Notes: generated by a model from the sequence alone, not told the origin. 63,979 nt of DNA, filler included, from Rhabdomonas costata (GCA_019059605.1; 49 parts of 49 records of this genome joined end to end with filler, not necessarily neighbours in it); one strand, 5' to 3'; positions 47,416-61,347 are shown, counted from the first letter of the whole stretch. Made by a program: numbers and translations.

Positions 47416-48740
47416 GTACCGCAGGAGGGAAGGCGCTTCTCCGGAAGTTGGGGGGCGAAAGTCCACCGCACATGCGCGTGCATGTAGAAATGGTGGTGTG
47501 GAAAGGTGCTTCCTGATGGATATTCGCCGCCCCCGTCGACAGGCACCCGGTCAGTTTTACCCTCAGTGCTTGTATTATCTCAGTGCTTGTTTTACAGAAC
47601 GTTGGGATGGACCTGATGTGTTCTGTCCCCCTCTCAGTGGCATAGCTTAGCAGAAAAGATGCGCGTGGTTTGCGGTGCTGGTGGACTTTGTGCTTGTCGC
47701 GCCCGAATGCAGCGCTCTGCCCTTTTGCATAGGCTGTGAATTCGAGCTCCTATACTTGCTTGTGCTTTTGTGGCCGCCCCCCTTCTCCATCCCTTGCGAT
47801 TGTGGCGCTGTATTGGACACTGCCTTCACTTCAAGACGAGAGTCTTTAAGTTTTCGTTTTTGTGTGTGGTGACCTGTCATAGCCCACCTTTGTCTAAGTT
47901 GGACCTCCTCCCACCGCCCAGGTGTTATGGTTCCCACAAATCTCCAAGTATGAGTAGTGGGTTTCAGTAAGTGGTAAGCATAGTAACACCCCGAAACACA
48001 GAATTTAGTTTGTGTCGTTTGGAACAGAGGTCTTGCCTATATTCATGCCACTGGTACTTCGCGGCATCCTGTGGTGTTCTGTGGTTAAAAGCTCTCTGTT
48101 AAGGGTGTAGCCTGGCAAGTTGCTTTTCTCCTTCCCGTACTTTTCAACCTTAGAAGCAAACGCCACTCAGCGATATTCGGAACGGCGAGTATTTTGCAGT
48201 CAACTTAAAATTGCGAGGGCGCACATAGCCCTCTTACTCCAGGAAGCCTGCTGCCCCCTCCCCCCAACCCACACCCCCCAACCACACNNNNNNNNNNNNN
48301 NNNNNNNNNNNNNNNNNNNNNNNNNNNNNNNTTAATTAATTAANNNNNNNNNNNNNNNNNNNNNNNNNNNNNNNNNNNNNNNNNNNNTTGTTGGTGTGAG
48401 AGTGTGGCCTCCCTGTGGCTTGCACATGCTGTGTGCATATTGTATGCTAGGGTAGAGCTGGGATGATGGGAAGAGAGGGTGGTTTTCTTTTCATGCAGAA
48501 GGTACGAATCAACAGGCAACGTTTCAATAAAGTACACGAAGCCAATGTGAGAGCTGAGAGCAGTGTGGCGGTTGTGCAAGCACCGCGCCGAACGCGATCT
48601 CAAGGGGGTGTACCAGGGGTAGACAGAATCACCTAAACGACGAAAGGACAAGAAAATGGGAGATTCGAAGACATTGGGCATGCCAACAAAATAACAAAAT
48701 GCCGACTACCCCATGACCTACTCTCTCCCTACCCCCAAAG

Positions 48741-48933
48741 GTATCTCCAGAGCCTGGGCGTGGCCCCGGCAGACTTCAACACGTACGGCGCGCGCCGCGG
48801 GAACGACGCGGTGATGGCGCGGGGCACCTTCGCAAATCCCCGGCTGGCAAACCAACTGCTCAGCCCGGACGGCGCCGCGACGGGGCCCAACACGATCCAC
48901 GTCCCCAGCGGAAAGAAGATGACCGTGTGGCAG
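48741..48933 (+). CDS. Aconitase (AcnA/IRP1 type) swivel-domain exon
   Basis: [39 protein letters not shown]...[15 protein letters not shown] boundaries. Confidence 0.92.
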
Positions 48934-51900
48934 GTGCCGTGGCAGGCGTAGAGAATCCCTCTTCCCACACGGATCCTTCTGTTTGTGTCTCTGGACAGCT
49001 CGCCAGGACCGAGTTCTTTGAAGATATGCAAGTTGGCACCAACAAAGCAAGATGCTGGGTCTTCCCTACTCTACCCAACTTACCCAACTGTTGAGGAGGA
49101 AACCGGGGCATGCGTTTTTTAGTTTGGCTAACTCCACGATACGGCAGACGAGGAAGAAAAGACCAGAATGTTGAGACGGGGTAGGTGCCTGCGGATGGGA
49201 ATGGGTGGATATAATTTGCTTTTGGCGTTCTAAAAATTTCTACCGGGCAGACTGCATCGGCTTCAAAGACAGCATGACTAAAAAATTCAAATTGCCGTGA
49301 TCGGTGTGCGCGGAAGCGTGACAAATCGGTCTGCATAAAAGCAGAAGCTGTGAGCAAGTGCTGTGTAAACCACACGTCTAAGTTAGCAACCAAAGCCAGC
49401 AAGCCGAAAAGAGTCGAAGTGAGTGGACTTCCCAGCCCAACTTCATCCGAGTTCAAGTGGAAAGACCGTGGAAAGTCCGCACCTGGGACGATGCTTCTGG
49501 GGAAAAGCCCGACGAACTGAGTTTTGGGCTTCGGGGCCCGGGCCAGCGACATGTCCACCACGCTCTCCGGGCGCTCGAAGGGTTGCAGCTCCATNNNNNN
49601 NNNNNNNNNNNNNNNNNNNNNNNNNNNNNNNNNNNNNNTTAATTAATTAANNNNNNNNNNNNNNNNNNNNNNNNNNNNNNNNNNNNNNNNNNNNGGGGTT
49701 GTTGGGGTAGGCCACCCAAGAACCGTTGAGCTTTCTCTCGTTCCAGAAGGAAAACAACGGAACGTTCCCGGCCGCCATGTGCGAACGATGCGTGAGAATA
49801 CCCTCAACGGCCATATTGACCTGTGGAAGCAGTGAAAAAATCAAAAAAGGAAGAGAGCGCTGAAGCATCCTGAAATTTGCTTTTGAAAAAAGGCACAAAA
49901 GAGGTTGCGCATACAACACTTCTGTCCAATTTGATCACACTCAGGCTGTGCGCCTCGAGGAGAAACGTAACTAAAAGCCGGCAACAGGAAATAAGCAAAC
50001 ACAAAAGTGAAAGCAGAGCTGAGTTTCTCTGCACAACCTTTCATTTCAAATTCCAAATTTTTTTGAAGGTTTTTGAAGTCAATGTCCCAGCGTCAACGGG
50101 GTTGACGGAAACACGTTTTCGTCCAATTTACTGTTCTTTTAGCTGTTGGTGTGGCGCTGGCAAGTCGTCCTGCCCATCTAGTGGATTTCGGGTGGGCGGC
50201 GCTGCTCCCGTCAACCTGTTGATTTCGCAAGCCCGCAGCGACAAAAGAGACGGAGTGACTCCTTTAACACCCCTTCGCCCCAGCCCGTCTCTGTCAAGCG
50301 GCGAGTGGGCGTGACTGCACTCCGCAAAAAATGAAGGAAAGGGACACTGAAGTGTGGGCGTGACCAGGAAAACACAAAAACACCAACTGTGAGGACGTGA
50401 ACTAGTTTCCGTGTTCTCTCCTCTGCCTTCTGATGGTCTGTTGGTTGCTGGAGGTCACGCTCTCTCAGCTGCCCTCAACCTACTTGACCAACCCCGCCGT
50501 TGTGTTACCTCCGGGTTTCCCTTTTGCGCCTCGTGGACGTGGACGAAGGAACCCCTGTTAGAAGAAAAGGCTATCGAATGAAACCCCTGCAAACTCGACT
50601 GAATTTCAATTGGTACATTTTTTCCTCGGACATGAAGTTAACGTGAGGATCCGGGAAACTCCGCGAGCCCCCCCACCCCGTACCCATTACCTCGCATTAC
50701 CAACCCCACCTAGCATTTCCTAGCGAGTATCCCAGGGCCATAATGGTGTGAAGCAGCGATATGTAGACGACTGCGATGACGATCCTTGGAAACGCTCAGG
50801 TGCAGGGCTCAGTTGCACAAACGTCAAAAGTTCCAAGATCAATCGCATCACGAGGCCTGTTGCATTCAAACCACCATTGACTTCTCTGACGTGTATGGAG
50901 TNNNNNNNNNNNNNNNNNNNNNNNNNNNNNNNNNNNNNNNNNNNNTTAATTAATTAANNNNNNNNNNNNNNNNNNNNNNNNNNNNNNNNNNNNNNNNNNN
51001 NGCCAACCACCGGCGTGCGCGCAGCGATTCGGCCAGTTTTTTTTTGAAATGGTTTGTGGCGAAGCGGGGGCGAAGCCTGTCGCCCTACTCAGCCCCCTTC
51101 TGGTTTAAAAGAGTGGGAATTGCATTCTCTGGCAGGTTTGGCACAGGGGTCCAATGCCACACAATCACTGCCACTCACCTCTGCCTTAGTCAGGTCTTCA
51201 GGGAGGGGCTGCGGTTCTACGTTGCTGAGTAGGGCCCTCCCTGACTGCGGGCGGTGTTCCAGTGCGTGTGCGCACGTGCAAATGGAGCTTGCGACCACTG
51301 TGAAATAAATAAAACCGAAGGGCCTTGTGCACCATCCAAAAGCTAAGGTCTAAGACTGTGTTACAAAAAAAAGGGAACGAAGACACCGGACGTCAGGCAG
51401 GATTGACACAAGGGGCCACCACCATCTGCTGTTCACCTTTGCCTCCAGCAACCCACCCACAAATACCATGCAATATACCAAGCTCTCCAAGCCCCCCGAC
51501 CCCCGCACCACTTGCCGCTCACACACCGAGGCACCCCGTGATGCTGAACGTGTCTCCGGTGGTGCCGCAGCTCACCGCCGGGGTGCCGTGGAAGCCCGCC
51601 ATGCAGCTGATCCCCGGCCCACACCACTCCGCGGTCTGCAGCCCCGCACAGCGCTGCGGCCAAGAGAGATAGTAGCCCTCGGGAAGAGAGGACGGAATCC
51701 GGCATGTGCTCACTGCAAAAGGGAACGGGGAGAGAGAGACGCGGGTCGACGCAGGGAACAAAGCGAAAACAGACGCGAGAGCGATGGAATGGACCTTCTG
51801 GATTTACTTGAAGCTGGGGCGTCCCTGCCCCCTTCCTTGGTCTGGGCTTCCCCAGGACAAGCTAAGCCACCCCGCTGCGAGAAAAACTCCGCTTTCAGAG

Positions 51901-52399
51901 GGGAATGGGGACCGTCTATCACCCTATACCTATGATTGACCTCAGTGAGTGCTGCTGCCAAATATGATAACCAGTGCCCCTCTTTTCAGCCACTGCATAT
52001 GCCATATCACGGTTTTTATTTCATACAAGGGCTGATTCCATTGGCCAATGGGCGAAAGCAGCTCCCCGCCCTGCCCCAAGTGGCAACGAGCGGTGACGTT
52101 CAGCGGCAACAGCATAGCCCACAGTGCCATCCCCGTTCCATACTCGCCAGTACAAAGAAAAGGAAAGGATGGGTGAAAGGTGGGTGAGTGGATCACCACA
52201 CCCAACCCNNNNNNNNNNNNNNNNNNNNNNNNNNNNNNNNNNNNNNNNNNNNTTAATTAATTAANNNNNNNNNNNNNNNNNNNNNNNNNNNNNNNNNNNN
52301 NNNNNNNNACACGTGTTGATATCATGGTGTTTGGTAATCGCGTAGGTCATCGCTTAGAGGGTGATGGTCACACTTTGCCTCTCTGCGTGTGATGCCAAC

Positions 52400-52620
52400 A
52401 TTAGGGTAAGGTCAACCATGGCATAGTGTCTGTACTCGTTGTGGTTTGCACAGGTGTCACAACCTCGTAAGCCCTCATCCTGTTTGTGCCGATCCTGTGT
52501 TGTGGGCCAGGGCATGATGTCATCGGCGTAACAACACTAAAAGCCCATGCACTAGAGGTTTTGGTGTTGTACCGAGGTATAGCCATGCCGCAATTACCAT
52601 CTGCATAGGTGGTGGTGTAG
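52400..52620 (-). mobile_element. Possible decayed retroelement RNase H-like remnant
   Basis: TYADGNC...SSAWAFSVV resembles YTDGS...AWAFVV; surrounding frames are full of stops and show no splice signals. Confidence 0.25.
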
Positions 52621-53024
52621 CAGCCACGTCAACCCTATGCGTAGTGGTTGTGATGATGTGGTGGATCGAACCCTGTGTGATGTTGCGTGTCATCGCCTTC
52701 GTATCACGCAGTGTGAGTCAATTGTGGTGGTTTTGGCATCAGGTCATGGAAGCTTTGCATACATGCATCCACCCATGTTCCCTTGTTAATATTGTTCACA
52801 GTGTAGGTGTGTGTCCAGTGGAGCTGTGTGCTGATGTTGACGTGGATGCCAACGGTGGATTATTTCAGCATACTGTTATCGTGGCCATGCATCGAGTGGA
52901 GTGGAAGGCCTTCTCACCCAGTGATACGCGGTGACGACAAGGAATTACGCCCAAGCACCCAAGTCACCAAGCCGTGATCCTGTGTCACGTGATGCCTCTG
53001 GTTAGGTGTGCTTCCTCTGTGGTT

Positions 53025-53189
53025 GCGGTAGTACGCATAGATGCCTCTATACTATGGGTATATGGTGAGGTTTCCTCCTGCGGTGGTACGCAGAGATGCC
53101 TCTATACTATGGGTATATGGTGAGGTTTCCTCCTGCGGTGGTACGCAGAGATGCCTCTATACTATGGGTATATGGTGAGGTTTCCTCCT
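53025..53189 (+). repeat. Tandem repeat, 55 bp x 3
   Basis: Unit GCGGTGGTACGCAGAGATGCCTCTATACTATGGGTATATGGTGAGGTTTCCTCCT at 53025 (2 mismatches), 53080 and 53135. Confidence 0.93.
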
Positions 53190-56100
53190 CTTCATCTTCC
53201 TGCGTATTGTTTGTTGGTGCGTAGAAGGACCACCACCTGCAGATGGCCTATGTAGTGACGTTGAGAGCATAGCGTAAGGATTGCATCAACCATTATCACT
53301 AAACCCAGTGGAGAGGAATGCGCTTAACGGAGGGGGCCGAGCCCTACCATCACGTTACAGCGTGACAGGAACCCAGGTGAAATCACCGAACCACTGAGTT
53401 TGTAAGTAGATGGAGTGAAGTCAACCCTTCTACCTCCAACCCACCATGACCAATGTGTGAGGTGAGTTGAATGTTGTGATGCTGAACTCACCACTAATTT
53501 GGACCCACCCCCCACCCNNNNNNNNNNNNNNNNNNNNNNNNNNNNNNNNNNNNNNNNNNNNTTAATTAATTAANNNNNNNNNNNNNNNNNNNNNNNNNNN
53601 NNNNNNNNNNNNNNNNNGGTGGTGTTGTGAAGGCAGAGAGTTAGGAAACAAAAAGAAAATGCAAGCCCGAGCCTTGTTCTTTCCTGGACCCTGGATCCCC
53701 ATCCCCCGCCGCTAGAACAAGGCTCGGGCTTGCATTTTCTTTTTGTTTCCTAACTCTCTGCCTTCACAACACAGAGACTCCCGGCAAGTACGGGAGATTC
53801 CCAGCTTCAGCCGGAAGAGCGCCTCTCTCTCATTCTCGCTACCGGCTCACACTTGGTAACAAAAGGCCCGGAGGGGAGCCACCGCTCAATGATGTACCCA
53901 CATTTTGGCAAAAAGAAAGAAAAAAGACCTTTCAGATATTCCCGTGCGTTTTCTGGTCATGAGTAATTTTGGTGATCGGTTGTTTGGGAAAAAAGAGTTT
54001 CCGTTCATAATGAAAAAGGGGTGGACCCCGAGGCCACTCTGGCGGAGTTGGCGACGGTGCTGCGGTGGAGCCAGCGGCGGAGGGAGCACCTCCAGGCCCA
54101 CCTCAGTGTGGAGGCGAAGCTGGTGCTGCGGAGGCTGGGCCGGGCCCCCTCGGCTGGGGAGCTGGCCTGGCTGGACACCGTGACCCCTGCCACCCTGCAG
54201 GCTGTGATCCTGCCCCGTCTGGGGAAGGTGTGTGTGTTTGTGGTTGTGTGTTTGGAACGCGCGTGTATTCCAGAGCTCGCACCGACGCAGAGCACAACCT
54301 AACGTGCGGTGCCACGTCGCCAAGGTCTTTTGCAGGGTATCGCCCTGTACCAAGGCATTTTCCCACCTACCTGACCATCGAGTGCAGACATACATACCAG
54401 TCCACAGTGAGAGGGAGAGTTACTTCACTCTCCCATTGGCCACCGACAGCCGACAGTGAGACAACTTCTTGCACGCTGTATGTGCCCAACACACACACAG
54501 TGGTCACTAACTACGTTGTTCCCAGGAGCTGGAGCCTTAGAGCACAATGCAGTGCTCGGATGATGAAAAGATGCTGAAAAGCAAGCTAGTGAGTGTTCTA
54601 CAAAAAACCAGAAGAAACCCGAAGTGCTGAGTTCACGGTTTGCCGAACGTTTAGGTGGGTGTGCCTCCCTCCCGCCAAACTGTATTCGCACAGGGTGAGG
54701 ACCTGGAGGAAATCCTCTCGGAGCTCTCCGGGGAGCACGTGCTGCGGCAGCTCGAAGAGGACGCCGGGCGACTCTCCCTGTTGCAGTGCCTCGCGGTACG
54801 GGTGTGCCGGCTGGCCCCCACAACNNNNNNNNNNNNNNNNNNNNNNNNNNNNNNNNNNNNNNNNNNNNTTAATTAATTAANNNNNNNNNNNNNNNNNNNN
54901 NNNNNNNNNNNNNNNNNNNNNNNNGTGTGGGTGTGTTTGGGTTTGGTGGTCCTGTCGAAAGCTTACAAGTATTGCGCACCTGTCCCTTGGCTGTCGTTGA
55001 GGTTTTTGTCGTCCCTATTGTCTGTTGTCTCACGGACTCAGAAGCGCCGGTTCTCTCTTTCGTGGCTGAGGAGGGGATCCCCGAAGTCCCGCACTGGGGA
55101 GGCTGCGGCGCCGTCCCTCACTGCGGCCCCCCTGCGGATCCTTCCCAAGGTCTTCCTCCCGACCACTGCAAGCGCCGCTCTGCCTGAACCCACCGCCACG
55201 CCCACCTCGGGTTCGCTCCCGTGCTCTTCTCTTACTTTTTGTGCTGCTGGTGTCTGATCCGGAATGTAAACTGTGGTCACTGTGACTCCCATTAAAAGAA
55301 CCCTCGGGTACCGTGCCGTGTGAAACTCCATTCCGCTGTGCTGAAGGAGGAAACGATCACTTGCTGGGAATTGGGAAGCGTCCGTCTTGGCTCCATAGAA
55401 GAGTCATTTATCGTACCTCATCAAGGAAATCAAGTCGTGTGCGTACGTTGAGAAGAGAAGGACAGTGGCTTCCTATCGCGGGTGCGCAGGGTCGAAGCAT
55501 GCCACCTGCTCAGCGGTTTCAGCTCCCCTTTGGTAGCTCCTAAATTGAAACGCAGGCTGTTCTCACAACACCCTAAACTGAGAAGTTGAAAACGAGCACG
55601 AGGGTGGGGCGCCCTGAACGAGCTCCAACTGTTTCCATTTCTCTTTAGTGCCCATCGGAAGTCTTCCTTGCACATTGCAAGGAACAAGAGTGATGGAGGG
55701 GTGGCATAGGGGGGGGGTTCGTGCCTCGCAGGGTCCGCCGAGGTGCAGGCCACCCCGGACTTCTCGCTGATCGCTTCGCAGGGCGCCAACGGGTTCCCTC
55801 TGGCAGAGCTGCAGAAGGGTCAGGTGGGCGGGGTGGATGTGGTTGCTGCTTGCAGCTCGCCTGCATTCCTGTTGAGAGTGAGAGCAGCCACATATTCTTC
55901 AGGCCTCTGCCCAAAACCATTGCGTCCTTGGGTAATTGGCCGACTTCCTTAAACGGATGTCGGACAAAATGATAGATCCGCTCACGTCACAGCCTGATGG
56001 TCCGCGATGATGAAGCTGTTGGGAACAAAGCAAAAATTAGCCAGGGGTGAACTCAGACGAGCCATCCAGTTCCGGTGGCCGGAAGACGATGTGTCCAACT

Positions 56101-56563
56101 CGTGGCTAATTTTTGCTTTGTCCCCAACACANNNNNNNNNNNNNNNNNNNNNNNNNNNNNNNNNNNNNNNNNNNNTTAATTAATTAANNNNNNNNNNNNN
56201 NNNNNNNNNNNNNNNNNNNNNNNNNNNNNNNTGTTGTGTGGGATTATGATGAGCAGGGACCCATTGCCCCTTTTCTTTTCGTCTTCTTTTTCTTCTTCTT
56301 TCGGGAATTTCTGATCAACGTGAGCTGTTCTCTCCATCTCTGGTCCCTCAGGGAGTTGTTTCAGGGGATTGCTTCCACGTTGTTGTTCTGTTTGGAGCGT
56401 TGTTCCACTGTCTGCTGTGTAAACACTGGCGAGAGGCACTCTCTCTTGCTCTTGTCTTTCATGTTCGGGAGGCCACGGTTGCTGCGGTGCTGAACCCCAA
56501 TGTGCGTGGAGGGAGCCGTGGAGTGTTCCCTTTGCTCTGTCTCGTTTCACGGCACGTCCACAG

Positions 56564-57230
56564 GCACTCGGCGTACTACGAGGTACTTCAGCGGTGCTTT
56601 CGGAACAAGTGGTTCTGCGGGGATGACCAGAAGGCCATGGCGGCGACCTGCATGAGCTTCCCAACTGTGGTGCGTGGGAGGGCGGGGCTCTCTGCAAGTG
56701 TGCAGATGTGAATGTTAGGGTGCAGTTGTGAATCACCGCAACGGATCCTCGCGTGCATCAAGTCGAAGAGTGCCAACCTTGCGGCACCTCTGAAGGTGAA
56801 GATGACGGTCACAGTTCTGCCGTTTTTGCTGGCCAATGATTTCTGGGAGCCAAGGCAACGAATTTATAGACAACTCAGGAACACACACCGCTCGAACCCA
56901 CCCCTCGCCAATGATCTGTCCATCAGTTCTCGCTCGTCCAAAAAAGGCTACTGGGAAATCTTGTCCTCTCTTGGTTCCCTCCTCCATTCATTTTGTTTGG
57001 TATGGAAGCTTTTTGGTTGGGGATGGCGTTTGACAGTGCCGACTGGTGTTTCACCCCTACCGCCGCAACTGGCTGCGGCTCTCCAACCTGCCGTGGTTCT
57101 ACTTGCAGCCCTATCTCGTGGCCCGCGGCACCCCCCGCGCCGTGCTGCACTTCCTGAAGTTCGGGCCCTACCTGTCCCACGGAAGAAAGAGCTCATCACA
57201 CTCAATGCGCGCCAACAGCAGCAGAAGTGT
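56564..57230 (+). CDS. HtrL/YibB-like putative glycosyltransferase, C-terminal exons
   Basis: HSAYYEVLQRCFRNKWFCGDDQKAMAATC..FP and CRLV...PWFYLQPYL resemble the YY...G-x-DQ..M...C...P...WFYL pattern. Confidence 0.4.
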
Positions 57231-57929
57231 GAGTCTTGCGAGTCCGAAGCCGCGCAGACACCACAGCGGTTAGACACGTGGAGTGCTGGAGTGGGTAACC
57301 CAATGGCAGGTAAACATGTGGCGCCTTCTTTCCTGCACCGCACTCACCGCCTTGTTTTCAGTGCGTGGGATAATCATAAGCATAAGACCCTCGGCCAGGG
57401 GTGCACCACAGGTTTACCTGCCATTGGGTTACACACCANNNNNNNNNNNNNNNNNNNNNNNNNNNNNNNNNNNNNNNNNNNNTTAATTAATTAANNNNNN
57501 NNNNNNNNNNNNNNNNNNNNNNNNNNNNNNNNNNNNNNGTGTGATTGCCCCATGATCCCCTCAGTGTCTCTCCTTCTTGGGTGCGATCGCAAAAAAGGAA
57601 AGAAAGAACCAGGCATCAAAGAAAAAGGCAAGACACACGCAAACACACGCGCACCCACATCTCACCATGGTCTTCGAATGCTGTGAGGGCACTGTTCAGG
57701 GGTTCACCAAGTGCCCCCGCCAGATGTGCATCGAAACCCATGGGCAGTGAGGTGGGGGGGGGGGGTCGGTGGCAATCAATCGAGGCCTGATGGACCAGAG
57801 GGATCAGGTGGCGTTGCATGGTTTAGGCAAAGTTATATTCCTTGAGTCATCACTTGAGGGTTTATGAGTGGCATCATGATTACCGCCTCATCGCAGCGAC
57901 AGCGGGTTCAGATTTGTTGTTGTGCCCAG

Positions 57930-58479
57930 GTCCTGCTGAAGACCCTGTTCGCGCAGAACCCTGCCAACGTGAAGGCTGCGGGCAGCGAGACCGCCTCGCG
58001 GGCCTCGAAGCCCAAGCCTAAGAAGTCCAAAGCCAAGCCGGCGAAGACCAGGGGGGAGGGCGCACCGCCCTCGGAGGCGACTCGGCCGGGAGTGTTGGGT
58101 TTCCTGAAGAGGGTCCTGATGGCACAGCGGTGGAACCCTTGCAACTTCGTCCTGGAGCAATCCCTGAAGGCCGGGCTGGTATGTATGTATTTGTGGACGT
58201 GACGGCCATGAGGAGGGACCGCACTGTCATCTGGTGTCCTTTGCGAATTTGCCCCCCCCCACACACACACACACCTTGAGTGCATGCCATACCCACCTGT
58301 GACACTTGGAGTGTTGTGGGTGCGATGTCGGCTCGCAGGCGGTGTACCCCATTCACCCCCGGGCGCCAGAGCTTCTGGGGCGGAAGTGCGTGCGTGATAT
58401 CAGCGAGCTGAAGGCGGCGAACGGCGGGAAGCCCGTCGACGTCCTCGTGGTGGGTATCCCTGCCGTGGACGCTGTCGAG
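57930..58479 (+). CDS. CoA-binding domain (ADP-forming acyl-CoA synthetase/YccU-like), exons 57930-58178 and 58339-58479
   Basis: NPCNFVLEQSLKAGL|AVYPIHPRAPELLGRKCVRDISEL...PVDVLVVGIPA matches VYP-I/V-N/H-P...LG-x-K-C......VD-L-x-V-x-x-x-PA. Confidence 0.6.
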
Positions 58480-60276
58480 GTCTGTGTGTGCAGTTTCAGA
58501 TGCAGCTCCATGGATCTTCGGGAAAGGTTTACTCGTGGGCTCGGTCCGCGTTGGTCTTCGGACGATCGTTTTTCCGTCCCCCTGAAAAATAGATATAGCA
58601 GTGGTAGATACGGGAATCGATGCACACGACCACGCGTGTGCACGTGTGCGTGGAGCTTCCGTCCTCAGAGCATAAGGTTCGTCACACACCTACACCAACT
58701 TTCATCTCTGCCCCATTCCCGCAGCCGCTTTGCGAGCTCGTGGTGNNNNNNNNNNNNNNNNNNNNNNNNNNNNNNNNNNNNNNNNNNNNTTAATTAATTA
58801 ANNNNNNNNNNNNNNNNNNNNNNNNNNNNNNNNNNNNNNNNNNNNGGGGGGTTTGGGAACTCCTGCGGAGGTTTTTTGTCACCATAATGGCTAGCGGCTT
58901 TTCTGTCGTTTTTTTTTTCGACGCAGCAGTGCTCCCCAGAGCACCCAGGCAGCGCGCATTGTCCTCAACATCGTTGTGTTTCCTCCATCTTTCGGGTCAC
59001 GGCCTTCTGCCCTTATTCTTTCAGCTCTCTCTATGGTTCGCAAGACCACAGTTCATTCAGAACTTGGGCCTTCGACAAGTTTACCGCCACACAGAAAAGA
59101 GATTAGGAAAGGGGCAACCGGTGCTAAAAAAAAAATCCTTGTTTACAAGACAAAACTCGTTGTCCTGAAGACACACTGAATACCACTGAATTTTCGAGAT
59201 CGCCACCAAAGTCAGATGAAGACAGCTGTGGTATTCGCGAGGAACAGGTTCTGGAGCGGAGCGGAGCGGAGTTGCTTTTGAGTGCAGAGAGGATGCGCAC
59301 GCCTCTTATTCTGTGATGGTTGCTCTTTCGTCTTTCCCAAAACAAAGAGCAAAACGGGACGTCTTCAGTTGAAACAATACCTGCACGTGACATTGTAGCA
59401 AAGCGTCATTTGCGGCCGGCCTCTGTCCCCGATTCACACACAAGAATGGTACAAGACACAGGTCACCCCTTCCCCGCCCAACCGCCGTACAAGCTCCTCC
59501 TCCTCCTCCTCTTACAACTACTACTACTCACAGTTTACCGCCTCCTCAATAGTGCGCACAGTGTCTTTTTCGCTTGCGCTTCTCGGCAGGGTTTTTGCGA
59601 TGCAACCCAAAGCAGGGATGACTCACTCAATGGTGCAGAGATGAGAATGTGATTTTCTCTCAAACAGGCTGAGGCCCCAACGGAGGAGGAGAAGCGGGCG
59701 TGGCAGTGGGATTCCTTCCAGACCGCTGCCAATGAGCGGCACCAGGCCGTTCTCCGGGAGATTCAGGAGCACCGCCAGCGCACCCTTCAGCAAAAGGCAC
59801 TGCGGCACTGCTCCCTTCCTGCTCTGCACCATTCCAACCTCCACCGGTTGTTGGTGCTCTTGGTTTCGGAAAGCGGGGCGGCTGACATTCGCACCGAAAA
59901 TAAAAAAAAATTCCCTGTACTGCGATCTCCTGGGAACCGTTCATCGCCTTTCAGGGGCCAACCGTAGTTGGATAGTGCTCACTGTCCAACCCTGGATAGT
60001 GAGGGGGGGGGTCACCAAACAGACGGAACCCTGAGGTTTACACCACCCAACCNNNNNNNNNNNNNNNNNNNNNNNNNNNNNNNNNNNNNNNNNNNNTTAA
60101 TTAATTAANNNNNNNNNNNNNNNNNNNNNNNNNNNNNNNNNNNNNNNNNNNNGTGTTGGTTGCAGCTATCTTGCTGGTCCATTGCCAATGGAGTACTCCA
60201 AAAATAATGTCTTGTGAAAGGAGGTCCACGACAGCGCTTTCGCTAAAACCTAGACCTGACGTTTTTCGATCAAAAG

Positions 60277-60525
60277 GTCTCTCCCGCCATGGAGTCTGCC
60301 TCAGAGGGGCTCTCGGCCCGTGCCCGTGAACAAGTGAAAGTCCTGATCTGTGTCTACACGTGTGACTACACCAACGAGGGCGATGTGCGGCGGGTGCGCG
60401 AGCAGTTGCGGGCGCTGGGTGTCCGGGAGAGGCTGAAGTACAAGACCGACATGCTCACCCACCTGGATGTGTACGCGGCAAATCGCAACGAGCACAATGC
60501 AAAGACCTTTGTGTATGAACTCTGA
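60277..60525 (+). CDS. Bles03/C11orf68 (DUF1917, eIF4E-like fold) last exon
   Basis: VSP...VLICVYTCDYTNEGDVRRVREQLRALGV..RLKYKTDMLTHLDVY..N. Confidence 0.8.
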   Translation, partial: VSPAMESASEGLSARAREQVKVLICVYTCDYTNEGDVRRVREQLRALGVRERLKYKTDMLTHLDVYAANRNEHNAKTFVYEL

Positions 60526-61160
60526 AAGGGAGGTCCCGATCCCCCGGGGATCTGCAGAAGTCTTGCAGTGTGTAGTGCTGCCGTGCGAACCTCACCTCTG
60601 CCTGCTGAGATTTGACCTGTGCCTGCGATTTTCTCCCCGCTGTTGTCACTGTTGTCCTGGGGTGGACTACCACCACTCTGCTGTCCTTTTTCTTCCTGCC
60701 CTTAAGAATTCACGGGGTTTTGGACCCAGCAAATTGACTCCTGTACAACAGCTTGCCTGTCTTCATTTTTCCGCTGTTTTATTTTATGAGCGCTTTGCTG
60801 CAGGCCGCAAATTTTGGCTGCGAACCATTGATTCGCTCCAGTATGGGTGGCTGGAATGTTTTGGGTGGTCAAGAGGTTGAACCATCAAGGGGTCAGTTGC
60901 AGGATACTCGCTTTCAGGGGAGCAGCGACATCTGGAGCTCAAGGGCTCAAAAGGGCAACGGGCGTGTGCACAGGATACCGCAAGGCGATCTCCCTTGTAC
61001 TTTTCAACCTCCCGCGTTTCAGCATCACTTGAAATCTCTTGAAACTAACTTAAGCGGCAACTGGGAGAACAGTGCGCAGTGCATTCCGATTCGAGTTTTT
61101 TTTTCCCGTAACGAAACGTAGTGTAGTGTAGGGTTTGAATGCGAGAAAAACGGGAAAATG

Positions 61161-61191
<31 letters not shown>

Positions 61192-61316
61192 CTGCGTGTA
61201 GACTTTCTTTGCGCTTTTTTTTTGCGCGAAGTAGTCGGCGTTTCAAGCCTCCGTAGGGCCTTCAAGCCCCAGGTTTGTGGGGGTGGGCTATCGGATGGAA
61301 AAATTCCGGGGCAGAA

Positions 61317-61347
<31 letters not shown>

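Noticed and set aside
53025-53189. CRISPR array
   Set aside because: Head-to-tail repeats with no unique spacers, no cas genes, eukaryotic context.
4425-58479. Adc + acetate channel + CoA-binding enzyme as a gene cluster
   Set aside because: They are on separate contigs concatenated arbitrarily; no linkage can be inferred.
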